A stretch of 64,000 nt of DNA from Acidobacteriota bacterium (GTDB lineage: Bacteria > Acidobacteriota > Vicinamibacteria > Vicinamibacterales > 2-12-FULL-66-21): contig JBKPCD010000175.1 of assembly GCA_046727175.1 (NCBI GenBank), positions 1,669 to 65,668 of the forward strand. The letters run 5' to 3'. Under the pieces are notes generated by a model. That model did not search any database and had not been told where the DNA came from. It saw only the letters and a program-made list of their open reading frames with translations. Shown here piece by piece: positions 35,951 through 44,026 of this stretch. The translations under genes and the position numbers were made by a program. The number at the start of each line of letters is the position of its first letter. Within the stretch, counting starts at the first letter, position 1.

Positions 35951-37128
35951 TTCTGCTCTCCGGTGCAACCGTCGTCCTCCCCGATCGACTGCTCGGCCCG
36001 GCGACGGTCGTGATCGAAGGCGACACGATCGTAGAGGTCGTCGGAGGGACGCGCGCTGGTGGACCTGACGCGACCATCGTCGACTGCACCGATCGATACG
36101 TTGTTCCCGGCTTCATCGACGTTCACGTGCACGGCGTCGAGGGAACGGATACGCTCGATGGTCCTGCCGCGATTGCACGGGTTGCCGAGCGGCTCCCTCG
36201 TTACGGCGTGACGGCGTTCTGCCCGACCTCCCTCGCGTGCACGCCGGGGAAATTGCGGACGATGCTGGAAGCCGTTCGGGCGGCGCGCGGGACGACGCCC
36301 GCGAACCACGCGCGGGTGCTCCCGGCACACCTCGAAAGCAATTTCATCAGCCCGGAGTTTTGCGGCGCCCAGCCGCTCGAGTGCTTGAGACTGCCGTATC
36401 GAAGTGGCGGCGAAGGAGAGTTCTCGGGGGCGGAGATTCTCGACGAAATCGCTGCGGCGCGGCCGGACGTCGGTATTCTCACGATCGCTCCGGAAATCGA
36501 GGGCGCGCTCGAGCTGATTCGCGATCTCGTCTCGAACGGTCACACCGTGTCACTCGGACACTCCGGTGCATCGTACGAACAGGCGATCGCCGGAATCGAC
36601 GCGGGGGCGCGGCATGCGACGCATCTCTACAACCGCATGACTCCGATCTCGCATCGATCGCCGGGTCTGGCCGCGGCGGTGCTGGAGCACGAGGACGTCA
36701 CCGCGGAGTTGATCTGCGACGGCGTTCACGTACATCCATCGATGGTGCGGATCGCTCTTTCGGCAAAGCAGCCGTCGGGGATCATGGCAATCACCGACGG
36801 GACCGCAGGCGCCGGGCTGCCGCGAGGCGCCCGCGCGACGATTGGCGGCCGCAACATCACCGTTGGCGACGCGGCCTACCTCGATGATGGCACTCTGGCT
36901 GGCAGCGTTCTGACCATGGACCGCGCGTTCGTCCGTCTCGTGACGAGCATGGGCGTCTGTCTCGTCGACGCCGTAACGATCTGTGCAACGACGCCAGCGC
37001 GATCGCTGGGTCTGCAGGGGTTCGGAGTCATCGCTTCGGGTGCGACGGCGGACGTCGTGGTCCTCGATCGAAGTCTGTCGGTCGTCCGGACTTATATCGG
37101 CGGTAGACAGGTGTGGGCCCGCGGATGA
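35947..37128 (+). CDS. nagA: N-acetylglucosamine-6-phosphate deacetylase
   Basis: ..VVPGFIDVHVHG.. metal-binding motif and amidohydrolase fold length. ATGA overlap with the upstream stop. Confidence 0.85.
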   Translation: MILLSGATVVLPDRLLGPATVVIEGDTIVEVVGGTRAGGPDATIVDCTDRYVVPGFIDVHVHGVEGTDTLDGPAAIARVAERLPRYGVTAFCPTSLACTPGKLRTMLEAVRAARGTTPANHARVLPAHLESNFISPEFCGAQPLECLRLPYRSGGEGEFSGAEILDEIAAARPDVGILTIAPEIEGALELIRDLVSNGHTVSLGHSGASYEQAIAGIDAGARHATHLYNRMTPISHRSPGLAAAVLEHEDVTAELICDGVHVHPSMVRIALSAKQPSGIMAITDGTAGAGLPRGARATIGGRNITVGDAAYLDDGTLAGSVLTMDRAFVRLVTSMGVCLVDAVTICATTPARSLGLQGFGVIASGATADVVVLDRSLSVVRTYIGGRQVWARG

Positions 37129-37145
37129 AGAGCGGCGGGGTCTAA

Positions 37146-37218
37146 CAGGCCTGAAAAAGACGGCCTGATGGGAAATGGCAAATGGGAAATGCAGGATGTA
37201 TAAGGGTTTCCCATTTCC
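37146..37218 (+). repeat. composite intergenic element, copy 2
   Basis: caggcc-tgaaaaag-acggcctg, then gatgggaaatggcaaatgggaaatgcagga...gggtttcccatttcc. Aligns with 4651-4732. Confidence 0.7.
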
Positions 37219-37292
37219 AGACCCCCCGGTTTTCAGATCGGAAATTGGGCGACGAGGGGAACGCCGAGTTGATCAATCCCGTCTATGGCCAT

Positions 37293-38183
37293 ATGAGGTG
37301 TGCTGTTATGACAGGTGCGCTGATCTTTGCCCTCGCCTTCGGGTCCGCCTGCATGGTCAGCGTCGATTCCCAGGCCGAGGTGGTCCGCGAGGAACGGCGA
37401 TTCACTGTCTCGGGCACGCCTGAGCTTCGGCTCGCCACGTTCGATGGGGCCATCGAGATCCAGTCTTGGGACAAGCCGGACGTGTTCGTCGAAATCGAGA
37501 AACGCGGAGCGACGCGCGAAGCGGTGGCGGAGCTCGAAGTCCGCGTCAATCAGAGTGGCAACCGGATCGAGCTCGAGGTCAAGCGTCCGCGATCCGAGGG
37601 GTTCGGCAGGATTGGTCTTCACCACTCGGCGTCAGCGAAGCTGATCGTCTCCGTTCCGCCTCGCGCGGATATCTGGGCCCGCAGCGGCGACGGATCGATC
37701 CGGATCGAGCGCGTCACAGGAACGATGGAGCTTCGAACCGGTGACGGGAGTATTCATGCGACCGACGTCAACGGGCAGCTCACATTGAACACGGGGGACG
37801 GCTCGATCAATGTTGATCGGGCAGAGGGACGGCTGGATCTGAACACCGGCGATGGCGGCGTGAACGTTTCGGGCAAGCTCACCGCCGTGAAGCTCCACAC
37901 TGGTGATGGCTCGATTGTTTACCGCGCGGAACAGGGCACCGCGATGTCCGACGACTGGGAGATCACGACCGGCGATGGCGGCGTCACCCTATACCTGCCG
38001 CGAGAGTTCAGCGCGGAGCTCGACGCACACACGGGCGATGGCGGCATCAGCAACGAACTGAATGTCTCGGCTGCCGGCGGGGGGGAGGTCAGCCGCCGTA
38101 CCGTGCGCGGCCGCATCGGCGACGGAGGCAAACTCCTTCGCATACGCACCGGGGATGGGTCGATACGGTTGCACGTGTCGTGA
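37293..38183 (+). CDS. DUF4097-type putative adhesin / beta-helix repeat protein
   Basis: Eight (S/T)GDG(S/G)(I/V) repeats at about 20-aa spacing (SGDGSIRIE, TGDGSIHAT, TGDGSINVD ...). Signal peptide/lipobox ..LAFGSAC. Confidence 0.7.
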   Translation: MRCAVMTGALIFALAFGSACMVSVDSQAEVVREERRFTVSGTPELRLATFDGAIEIQSWDKPDVFVEIEKRGATREAVAELEVRVNQSGNRIELEVKRPRSEGFGRIGLHHSASAKLIVSVPPRADIWARSGDGSIRIERVTGTMELRTGDGSIHATDVNGQLTLNTGDGSINVDRAEGRLDLNTGDGGVNVSGKLTAVKLHTGDGSIVYRAEQGTAMSDDWEITTGDGGVTLYLPREFSAELDAHTGDGGISNELNVSAAGGGEVSRRTVRGRIGDGGKLLRIRTGDGSIRLHVS

Positions 38184-38397
38184 TCTCAATCCCTGGTCAC
38201 TAATCCCTGATCGTGAATCCTTAATCCTCGACTCTTCGGATCGTTGAATCGGTGAAAACGGTTCGCGACCCCTTGCAGAATCCGCCCTATTGATCGACGC
38301 ACCTACCGAGCTCCGGAGTGACCGAGCGACCGAGCTACTTTTCTCAGCCCGCGCGGGGCCCCATCCCCACGCGCTGCGGCTCGACTCGCTACGAGCA

Positions 38398-38425
38398 CCC
38401 CAACGCGCACAAACGCGCGTTGGGG
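38398..38425. terminator. perfect 11-bp GC-rich hairpin between convergent genes
   Basis: CCCCAACGCGC-acaaac-GCGCGTTGGGG. Confidence 0.5.
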
Positions 38426-38469
38426 ACCCCGCTCGCTCGCCGCGGCCGCAGGCGCTGCCACCGAGCCAC

Positions 38470-39141
38470 CTATCGGACTGGCTTGACCGCATAGGCGGTC
38501 GGGTCTTCCACTTCTGCTTCGATGAAGGCATCGCGGCGCTCGCGGCACTTGCTGCACTGGCCGCAGTGAAGTCCGTTCGCGGGGCGCATGCAGGACAGCG
38601 TGAGCTCGAAGGGCACGTTCAGCGCACGCCCGCGCTTTATGACGTCGGCCTTGTGCAACGTCGAGAACGGCGTTTCGATCGTCATCGGCGCACCAAGCCC
38701 GATCGAGAGCGATCGCTCCATCGCTCGAAGGAACTCGGGACTCGCGTCGGGGAACGGGTTTCCTGCCAGCAGTCCAATCAGGACGTGCGACAGGCTCGCA
38801 CGCGCCATGAACACGGCCGCCTTCGTCAACAGGATGATGTTCCGTCCTTCCAGGTACACATCTTCGTCCGGCGTATCGAACCCGGGAGGCTCACCCCTGA
38901 TCGCCCAATGCGACGGCGGATACACGTCACGCATGTCGAGGTGCAGCGTGACAATCGGCAGCACCTTGCCGGCAAGACCTGGCGCATCGAGCAGGCGCGC
39001 CGCCATCGCGAGCTCTTCGGCCTCCCACGCGAGGCCGACCGAGACGTAGATCGGCTGGACGACTCCCTGCTGCGCCGCGTGTGCGAGAAGCACCGCGCTG
39101 TCGAGACCGCTCGAAAAGAGGACGGCTGTGACCGGAATCAT
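38470..39141 (-). CDS. queC: 7-cyano-7-deazaguanine synthase
   Basis: N-terminal ..AVLFSSGLDSAV.. PP-loop and C-terminal Zn-Cys cluster ..SCMRP..GLHCGQCSKCRER... Confidence 0.9.
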   Translation of the reverse strand: MIPVTAVLFSSGLDSAVLLAHAAQQGVVQPIYVSVGLAWEAEELAMAARLLDAPGLAGKVLPIVTLHLDMRDVYPPSHWAIRGEPPGFDTPDEDVYLEGRNIILLTKAAVFMARASLSHVLIGLLAGNPFPDASPEFLRAMERSLSIGLGAPMTIETPFSTLHKADVIKRGRALNVPFELTLSCMRPANGLHCGQCSKCRERRDAFIEAEVEDPTAYAVKPVR

Positions 39142-39166
39142 GAAAGGAAGAAGTTAGAATTTCAGT

Positions 39167-39574
39167 ATGTACCTCGTCACCAAACGCATCGAATTCTGCT
39201 ACGGGCATCGCCTTCTCGATTACGACGGCGTGTGCAAGCATCCGCACGGTCACAACGCCAGCGCCGAGATCGACGTGCGCACCGATCGGCTCGACTCGCG
39301 CAACATGGTCGCCGACTTCAGCGACATCAAACGCGTGGTGAAAGGCTGGATCGACCGCGAGCTGGATCACAAGATGATTCTCCGCCACGACGACCCGCTC
39401 GTCTCGCCGCTGCGCGAGCTCGGTGAGCCCATGTATCTGCTGGAGAGCAACCCGACCGTCGAACGGATCGCGAGGCTGATCTTCGAGAAAGGCCGCGAGC
39501 TCGGCGTCGATATCGTCACCGTTCGCGTGTGGGAGACGCCGACGTCTTTCGCCACTTACAGCGCGTCAGAGTGA
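39167..39574 (+). CDS. queD: 6-carboxy-5,6,7,8-tetrahydropterin synthase
   Basis: ..FCYGHRL.. and ..HPHGHN.. motifs. Divergent from queC with a 25-nt gap. Confidence 0.85.
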   Translation: MYLVTKRIEFCYGHRLLDYDGVCKHPHGHNASAEIDVRTDRLDSRNMVADFSDIKRVVKGWIDRELDHKMILRHDDPLVSPLRELGEPMYLLESNPTVERIARLIFEKGRELGVDIVTVRVWETPTSFATYSASE

Positions 39575-39585
39575 GCGACAGCCGC

Positions 39586-39666
39586 TCGGAGGAGACGGGG
39601 GTCACGGAAGGATCTCTCACCGCGGAGCCACGAAGCACCTGGAATCCGTGCCCTCCGTCTCCTCAG
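39586..39666. repeat. low-complexity hairpin (CACGGRG / GGAGAC units) between convergent genes
   Basis: gaggagacgggggtcacgg pairs with ccgtgccctccgtctcctc. Same motif family as 3063-3262. Confidence 0.75.
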
Positions 39667-39685
39667 GCGCGCGGACGCGGGCTCC

Positions 39686-41161
39686 CTAGCGCTGAAACGG
39701 CAACTCGTAGGACAGATAGAGAAACACGCCGGTATTCGCGTCGGATTCCCTCCAGGTGACCGGTACCGCCGCGCCGAGAATCAGCTGACGGTCGGCGAAA
39801 TTCCAGCCGCCGCGGACGCCCGGCGACAGCGTAAAGAGCGTGTGGCGCGAAGTGGTGCCGGCGTCCACCGATTCTTCGAAGAGCACTACGGACTCGATCA
39901 TGAGATGGAGCATCGATCGAAGGCGGTAGATGCCGCTGCCGGCCAGCGACGGTAAGAACAGATCGACGCGCCGCTCCTCAGAAACTCCTGGGACGGCGGG
40001 TGCGTCCGCGCGCGGCAGCCACGTGAAGCCGCCGTTCCAATGCCAATACCAGTACCCCCGTCGTTTGCTGAACGGAAGATTGATTTGCAGCCCCCCTGAT
40101 CCTGATCCGAGCCTGGTACTCACGCGTCCAGTCGGCAGGATGAGACTTGCGCGAGGCGCAAACGCCGGCCTGCCCGGTCCTTCAACCAGCGCCTGGTATC
40201 GATAGTTGATCAGCGTGTCACCGACGCCTGACTCGATCCCGGAGTCCAGGAACGACAGCGTGTACGAGAACTGGTGGGTCTGCGACCCGATCGGCCACTC
40301 CTGTGTGAAGGCTCCGGCCCACCTGCCATCGACTCTGATCGCACCGAAAATGTTCTGAAAGACCCCGCGCTCCTGGTTGAAGGCCTCTTCGACCAAAAAC
40401 GAATTATCCATGATGCCGAACGGAGGAAGGGCGGCCGACGAAGGATCCTGCGCGTGCGCAGAACCGGCCAGCAGCAGAAAGAACAGCACGACGCGTCCCG
40501 CGGAGACCAGCACCTTCGAAGCGGCCCGGGAGCCGATCGTGAAAACGCGATCGTTGCGGCCGCGAAGCCGAACGCTGTCGGCGGCATCGTCGCGTCCCTC
40601 CACCGAGACGACCTGGCCTGGCTTCAGGTCGTGTTTCTCCGCAAATCTGAGGAAGTCGCTGTCTTGATCGCTCACCCGACGAACTGTCACAGGGGCGTTC
40701 AAGGGGCACGTCAGCAGTGTGTCGTAATGCTGACGGCTGACGGTGCCCTCGGGATCCGGGATTGGATCACCGTGCGGATCCGCTGACGGGTGCCCGAGCA
40801 TCTCGTCGATACGCTCGATGAGCCGGTCGGAGACCGCGTGCTCGAGATGCTCGGCTTCTTCGTGAACCTCCGTCCAGCTCATCCCCATCACCTGCACGAG
40901 AAAGAGTTCAATCAATCTGTGCCGACGCAGCACCAGGGCGGCAAGCTTCTCTCCTGCCGGCGTCAGGCGGACACCCGCATACGGCTCGTATCTCACGAGA
41001 CCCGACTCCGACAGCGCCTTCACCATCGTCGTGGCGGTTCCCGGAACGACGCCGAGGGCGGACGCCAGGTGTCCCATTGGAACCAGCTCGTCCGGCGGCG
41101 CAGCCGTCTGCGCCTGGAGAATTGCCTTCAGATAGTTCTCGACCGTGTGTGACTGAAACAT
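39686..41161 (-). CDS. DtxR/MntR-family metalloregulator (HTH + dimerisation + FeoA/SH3-like) continuing in frame into a signal-peptide-like segment and a ~250-aa beta-rich domain
   Basis: Residues 1-~220 carry DtxR hallmarks (..ENYLKAI.., ..RRHRLIELFL.., a FeoA-like domain ending ..ASKVLV). Then ..GRVVLFFLLLAGSAHA/QDP.. follows, and a Gly/aromatic-rich alternating sequence ending ..VFLYLSYELPFQR. There is no stop codon between the two parts. Confidence 0.7.
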   Translation of the reverse strand: MFQSHTVENYLKAILQAQTAAPPDELVPMGHLASALGVVPGTATTMVKALSESGLVRYEPYAGVRLTPAGEKLAALVLRRHRLIELFLVQVMGMSWTEVHEEAEHLEHAVSDRLIERIDEMLGHPSADPHGDPIPDPEGTVSRQHYDTLLTCPLNAPVTVRRVSDQDSDFLRFAEKHDLKPGQVVSVEGRDDAADSVRLRGRNDRVFTIGSRAASKVLVSAGRVVLFFLLLAGSAHAQDPSSAALPPFGIMDNSFLVEEAFNQERGVFQNIFGAIRVDGRWAGAFTQEWPIGSQTHQFSYTLSFLDSGIESGVGDTLINYRYQALVEGPGRPAFAPRASLILPTGRVSTRLGSGSGGLQINLPFSKRRGYWYWHWNGGFTWLPRADAPAVPGVSEERRVDLFLPSLAGSGIYRLRSMLHLMIESVVLFEESVDAGTTSRHTLFTLSPGVRGGWNFADRQLILGAAVPVTWRESDANTGVFLYLSYELPFQR

Positions 41162-41189
41162 TGACTTTTATGAGACATTATTCTATATT
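41161..41189 (+). promoter_or_regulatory. near-consensus sigma70-type promoter for the MCO-ZIP operon
   Basis: TTGACT (41161-41166), 17-nt spacer, TATATT (41184-41189), within the most AT-rich stretch of the window. Confidence 0.5.
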
Positions 41190-41205
41190 TCGTGTCATCA
41201 AAAAA

Positions 41206-41223
41206 TTGTATTGAAGCATACAA
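41206..41223. promoter_or_regulatory. perfect 6-6 palindrome TTGTAT-N6-ATACAA immediately upstream of the MCO start codon
   Basis: Read directly from the sequence. A candidate operator or translation-control site next to the DtxR-family gene. Confidence 0.35.
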
Positions 41224-41224
41224 A

Positions 41225-42271
41225 ATGTCGCTGTCGCGTCGAGCTCTCCTTCGTCTCACGACTTTCGCCTCCAGCGTTGGGGCAGCGGCCCTGAGCGCCC
41301 GGAGTCTTTCGGGTCAGTCGCCTCAGTCCTCGTACCGTGTAACGGGCCATGCCGCTCACGCGATGGGGCCGGTCGGCCGAGTGTCCACCGAAGTGTTCGA
41401 CCCGGGCGCATTTCTTCGAACCTGGAACTTTTCCGACCTTCCGCCGGATAAACGCGCGCGGCACTATCGCGAGACGGCGAGGCCCGACGGCACGTACTTG
41501 CGCGAGTACGAGATTGTTGCCGTCGATCGGGAGATCGAAATCGCCCCGGGTGTGTTCTTTCCTGCGTGGACGTTCAACGGACAGGTTCCAGGTCCGACAC
41601 TGCGAGCGACCGAGGGCGATCACGTTCGCGTGACGTTCGTCAATCAAGGATCCCACCCGCATACGATTCACTTCCACGGCTGGCATCCACCGGCGATGGA
41701 CGGGTCGCTGCCGGAACACCAGGTCATGCCTGGCGAGCGGTTCCTGTACGAGTTCGACGCGGATCCATTGGGCCTGCATCTGTATCACTGCCACGCGGTG
41801 CCGCTCAAGCGACATATTCACAAGGGTCTCTACGGCGTCTTCATCGTCGATCCGAAGAATGCGCGGCCGCCGGCCGACGAGCTCGTGATGGTCATGAACG
41901 GGTTCGACACGAACTTCGATGCGGATAACGAGGTCTACGCCGTCAACACGATCGCGCATCACTTCATGCACGAGCCCATTCGCGTCGAAGTCGGACGGCT
42001 CGTTCGCATGTATCTCGTCAATGTGACCGAATTCGATCTGATCAACAGCCTGCACCTGCACGGGATGTTCTTCGACGTCTTTCGCACCGGAACGTCGACG
42101 GCGCCGGGCGAGCGCACCGACACGATCATGCTCTGCCAGGGAGAGCGCGCGATTCTCGAAACACGGTTCCGCTATCCCGGACGTTTCATGTTCCACGCCC
42201 ATCAAAGCGAGTTTGCGGAGCTCGGATGGATGGGCGCGTTCGAGGCGGTGGAGGCACGTCGTGACACGTGA
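41225..42271 (+). CDS. multicopper-oxidase-domain protein with Tat signal
   Basis: Twin-arginine MSLSRRALLRL.. Copper-site motifs ..HTIHFHGWH.., ..HLYHCH..HIHKGLYG.., ..LHLHG.., ..FHAHQSEFAELGWMG... Confidence 0.8.
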   Translation: MSLSRRALLRLTTFASSVGAAALSARSLSGQSPQSSYRVTGHAAHAMGPVGRVSTEVFDPGAFLRTWNFSDLPPDKRARHYRETARPDGTYLREYEIVAVDREIEIAPGVFFPAWTFNGQVPGPTLRATEGDHVRVTFVNQGSHPHTIHFHGWHPPAMDGSLPEHQVMPGERFLYEFDADPLGLHLYHCHAVPLKRHIHKGLYGVFIVDPKNARPPADELVMVMNGFDTNFDADNEVYAVNTIAHHFMHEPIRVEVGRLVRMYLVNVTEFDLINSLHLHGMFFDVFRTGTSTAPGERTDTIMLCQGERAILETRFRYPGRFMFHAHQSEFAELGWMGAFEAVEARRDT

Positions 42272-43469
42272 TCTCGCCGCGCACTCGGCGTCGCGTACTG
42301 GCTTCTGGCTCACTGCGCTCGTGCCTCTCGGCCTGCTCGCCGCCCTGATCGTCGTCATTCTGCGAACCGGTCCAGCGGAGCAACTCCGCGGAGAAGACGT
42401 GCCGCCTGTCGAGCGCCTGGCGATCGAACGCGCAGTGTTGCGCAGCGATGGCATCGTGCTCACGGTGCTGAACGACGGCCCCGACCCGGTCACGATCGCC
42501 CAGGTGACGGTTGACGATGCGTACTGGTCGTTCAGCGCGGCTCCGGGCCACGTTCTCAATCACCTGGGGCGAACGACGCTCTGGATCCCGTACCCTTGGG
42601 TCAAAGGCGAGGCGCACGTCGTGAAGGTCATGACATCCACGGGAACGACCTTCGAGCACGACATTCCGGTGGCCGTGAGGTCGCCGGAGCCGAACCTGCG
42701 ATCGCTCGGCGTTTTCACGCTGATTGGCCTCTACGTTGGTGTCATTCCGGTCGCGCTCGGTCTGCTGTGGTGGCCGCTGATGGCCAGGCTCGGCGACAAG
42801 GCGCTCGACGCACTCCTGGCGCTCACGATTGGTCTGCTCGCGTTCCTGTTCGTCGATGCGGTTCACGAGGGGATCGAAAAGGCCGGCGAGATGCCTGCCT
42901 CGTACCAGGGTCTGGCGCTGTTCGTCGCCGCCGCAGTCTCCGTGTATCTCGCGCTGGAGTCCCTGAGTACGTGGCTGCAAGGACGACGCTCCAGCGCGCG
43001 CGAGGCAGGATCGCCGGGGCTCGTGCTCGCGCTCCTCGTGGCTGTGGGTATCGGACTGCACAACCTTGGCGAGGGCCTCGCGATCGGCGCCGCTTTTGCG
43101 CTCGGCGAAGCCGCCCTCGGCACACTTCTCATTGTCGGTTTCACGCTTCACAACACGACCGAAGGTCTCGCGATCGTGGCGCCGCTTGCCAGGGAGCGGC
43201 CATCGGTCATGACCTTGGCGAAGCTCGGACTCCTTGGCGGCGTCCCGACGATAGCGGGCGCCTGGCTCGGTGGTCTCGTGTACTCGCCCGTGATCGCCGT
43301 CGCGTGTCTCGGATTCGGCGCCGGGGCGATCGCGCAGGTCATCATCCAGATCGCGAGGCAGATGGCCGGAAGTCAATCAGTCCTTCAGCGATTCGCGTCA
43401 GGACCAATCCTCACTGGCCTGCTCGTGGGGTTTGGTCTGATGTACGCGACGGGGCTGCTGGTCGGCTAG
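42261..43469 (+). CDS. ZIP-family metal transporter with ~130-aa N-terminal extension
   Basis: ..GLHNLGEGLAIG.. and ..HNTTEGLAIV.. ZIP signatures. GTG 42261 overlaps the MCO gene by 11 nt. Confidence 0.8.
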   Translation: MTRDLAAHSASRTGFWLTALVPLGLLAALIVVILRTGPAEQLRGEDVPPVERLAIERAVLRSDGIVLTVLNDGPDPVTIAQVTVDDAYWSFSAAPGHVLNHLGRTTLWIPYPWVKGEAHVVKVMTSTGTTFEHDIPVAVRSPEPNLRSLGVFTLIGLYVGVIPVALGLLWWPLMARLGDKALDALLALTIGLLAFLFVDAVHEGIEKAGEMPASYQGLALFVAAAVSVYLALESLSTWLQGRRSSAREAGSPGLVLALLVAVGIGLHNLGEGLAIGAAFALGEAALGTLLIVGFTLHNTTEGLAIVAPLARERPSVMTLAKLGLLGGVPTIAGAWLGGLVYSPVIAVACLGFGAGAIAQVIIQIARQMAGSQSVLQRFASGPILTGLLVGFGLMYATGLLVG

Positions 43470-43473
43470 GAAC

Positions 43474-43504
43474 GGGAAAAGGGAAAAGGGAAAAGGGAAA
43501 GGGA
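43474..43504. repeat. (GGGAAAA)n purine tract, one-armed, immediately upstream of a start codon
   Basis: gggaaaa gggaaaa gggaaaa gggaaa ggga, then cagaATG (43509). Confidence 0.8.
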
Positions 43505-43508
43505 CAGA

Positions 43509-43916
43509 ATGGGCCATTCAGTGCATAGACGGATTCGGGTCGGTCTCGTGATTCTGGCGATGGCGCTTTCGGCGGTGTTGCCGCGTGTGACGGCTCGGGT
43601 GCAGCCACGTGCGGATGGCACCGTGCGCGAGATTCGCATGAACGTACGCGACATGACGTATTTCCTCGAGGGGATTCCCGAACCTAATCCAACGCTTCGC
43701 GTCAGCGCAGGTCAACGCGTCCGAATCATGCTCAGCAATGACGATGCCGGAATGTCGCACGACTTGCAGATTCCCTCATGGACCGTGGGCACCAGACTCC
43801 TGAAGGGCAGGGGCTCGGATACGATCGACTTCACCGCACCAGCCGCCCGCGGCACGTATTCCTACAAGTGCACTCCACATTCCGAGATGATGCAGGGAAC
43901 CATCGAAGTGGAATAG
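43509..43916 (+). CDS. cupredoxin (plastocyanin/azurin-like blue copper protein)
   Basis: Type-1 copper ligands in ..YSYKCTPHSEMMQGTIEV and an upstream His (..MSHDL..). Signal peptide present. Confidence 0.75.
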   Translation: MGHSVHRRIRVGLVILAMALSAVLPRVTARVQPRADGTVREIRMNVRDMTYFLEGIPEPNPTLRVSAGQRVRIMLSNDDAGMSHDLQIPSWTVGTRLLKGRGSDTIDFTAPAARGTYSYKCTPHSEMMQGTIEVE

Positions 43917-43918
43917 CT

Positions 43919-44020
43919 CAATTGCGGATTGCTGATTGTAGATTGGTGGACTCGAGCGTGTCCGCTGCTGGTTGCCTTGTGGTCAATCAGCAATCAGCAA
44001 TCAACAATCAGCAATCTGTA
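43919..44020. repeat. low-complexity inverted repeat (GATTGC / CAATCAG units)
   Basis: attgcggattgctgattgtagattgg pairs with caatcagcaatcagcaatcaacaatcagcaatctg at about 22 of 26 positions. Confidence 0.75.
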
Positions 44021-44026
44021 GTCCCT

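Noticed and set aside
38470-39574. queC/queD together with the DGQHR (DpdB-like) gene as a dpd-type 7-deazaguanine DNA-modification system.
   Set aside because: The genes are about 29 kb apart with unrelated genes between them. No TGT-like dpdA, dpdC or helicase genes are present. queC and queD are ordinary queuosine-pathway genes.
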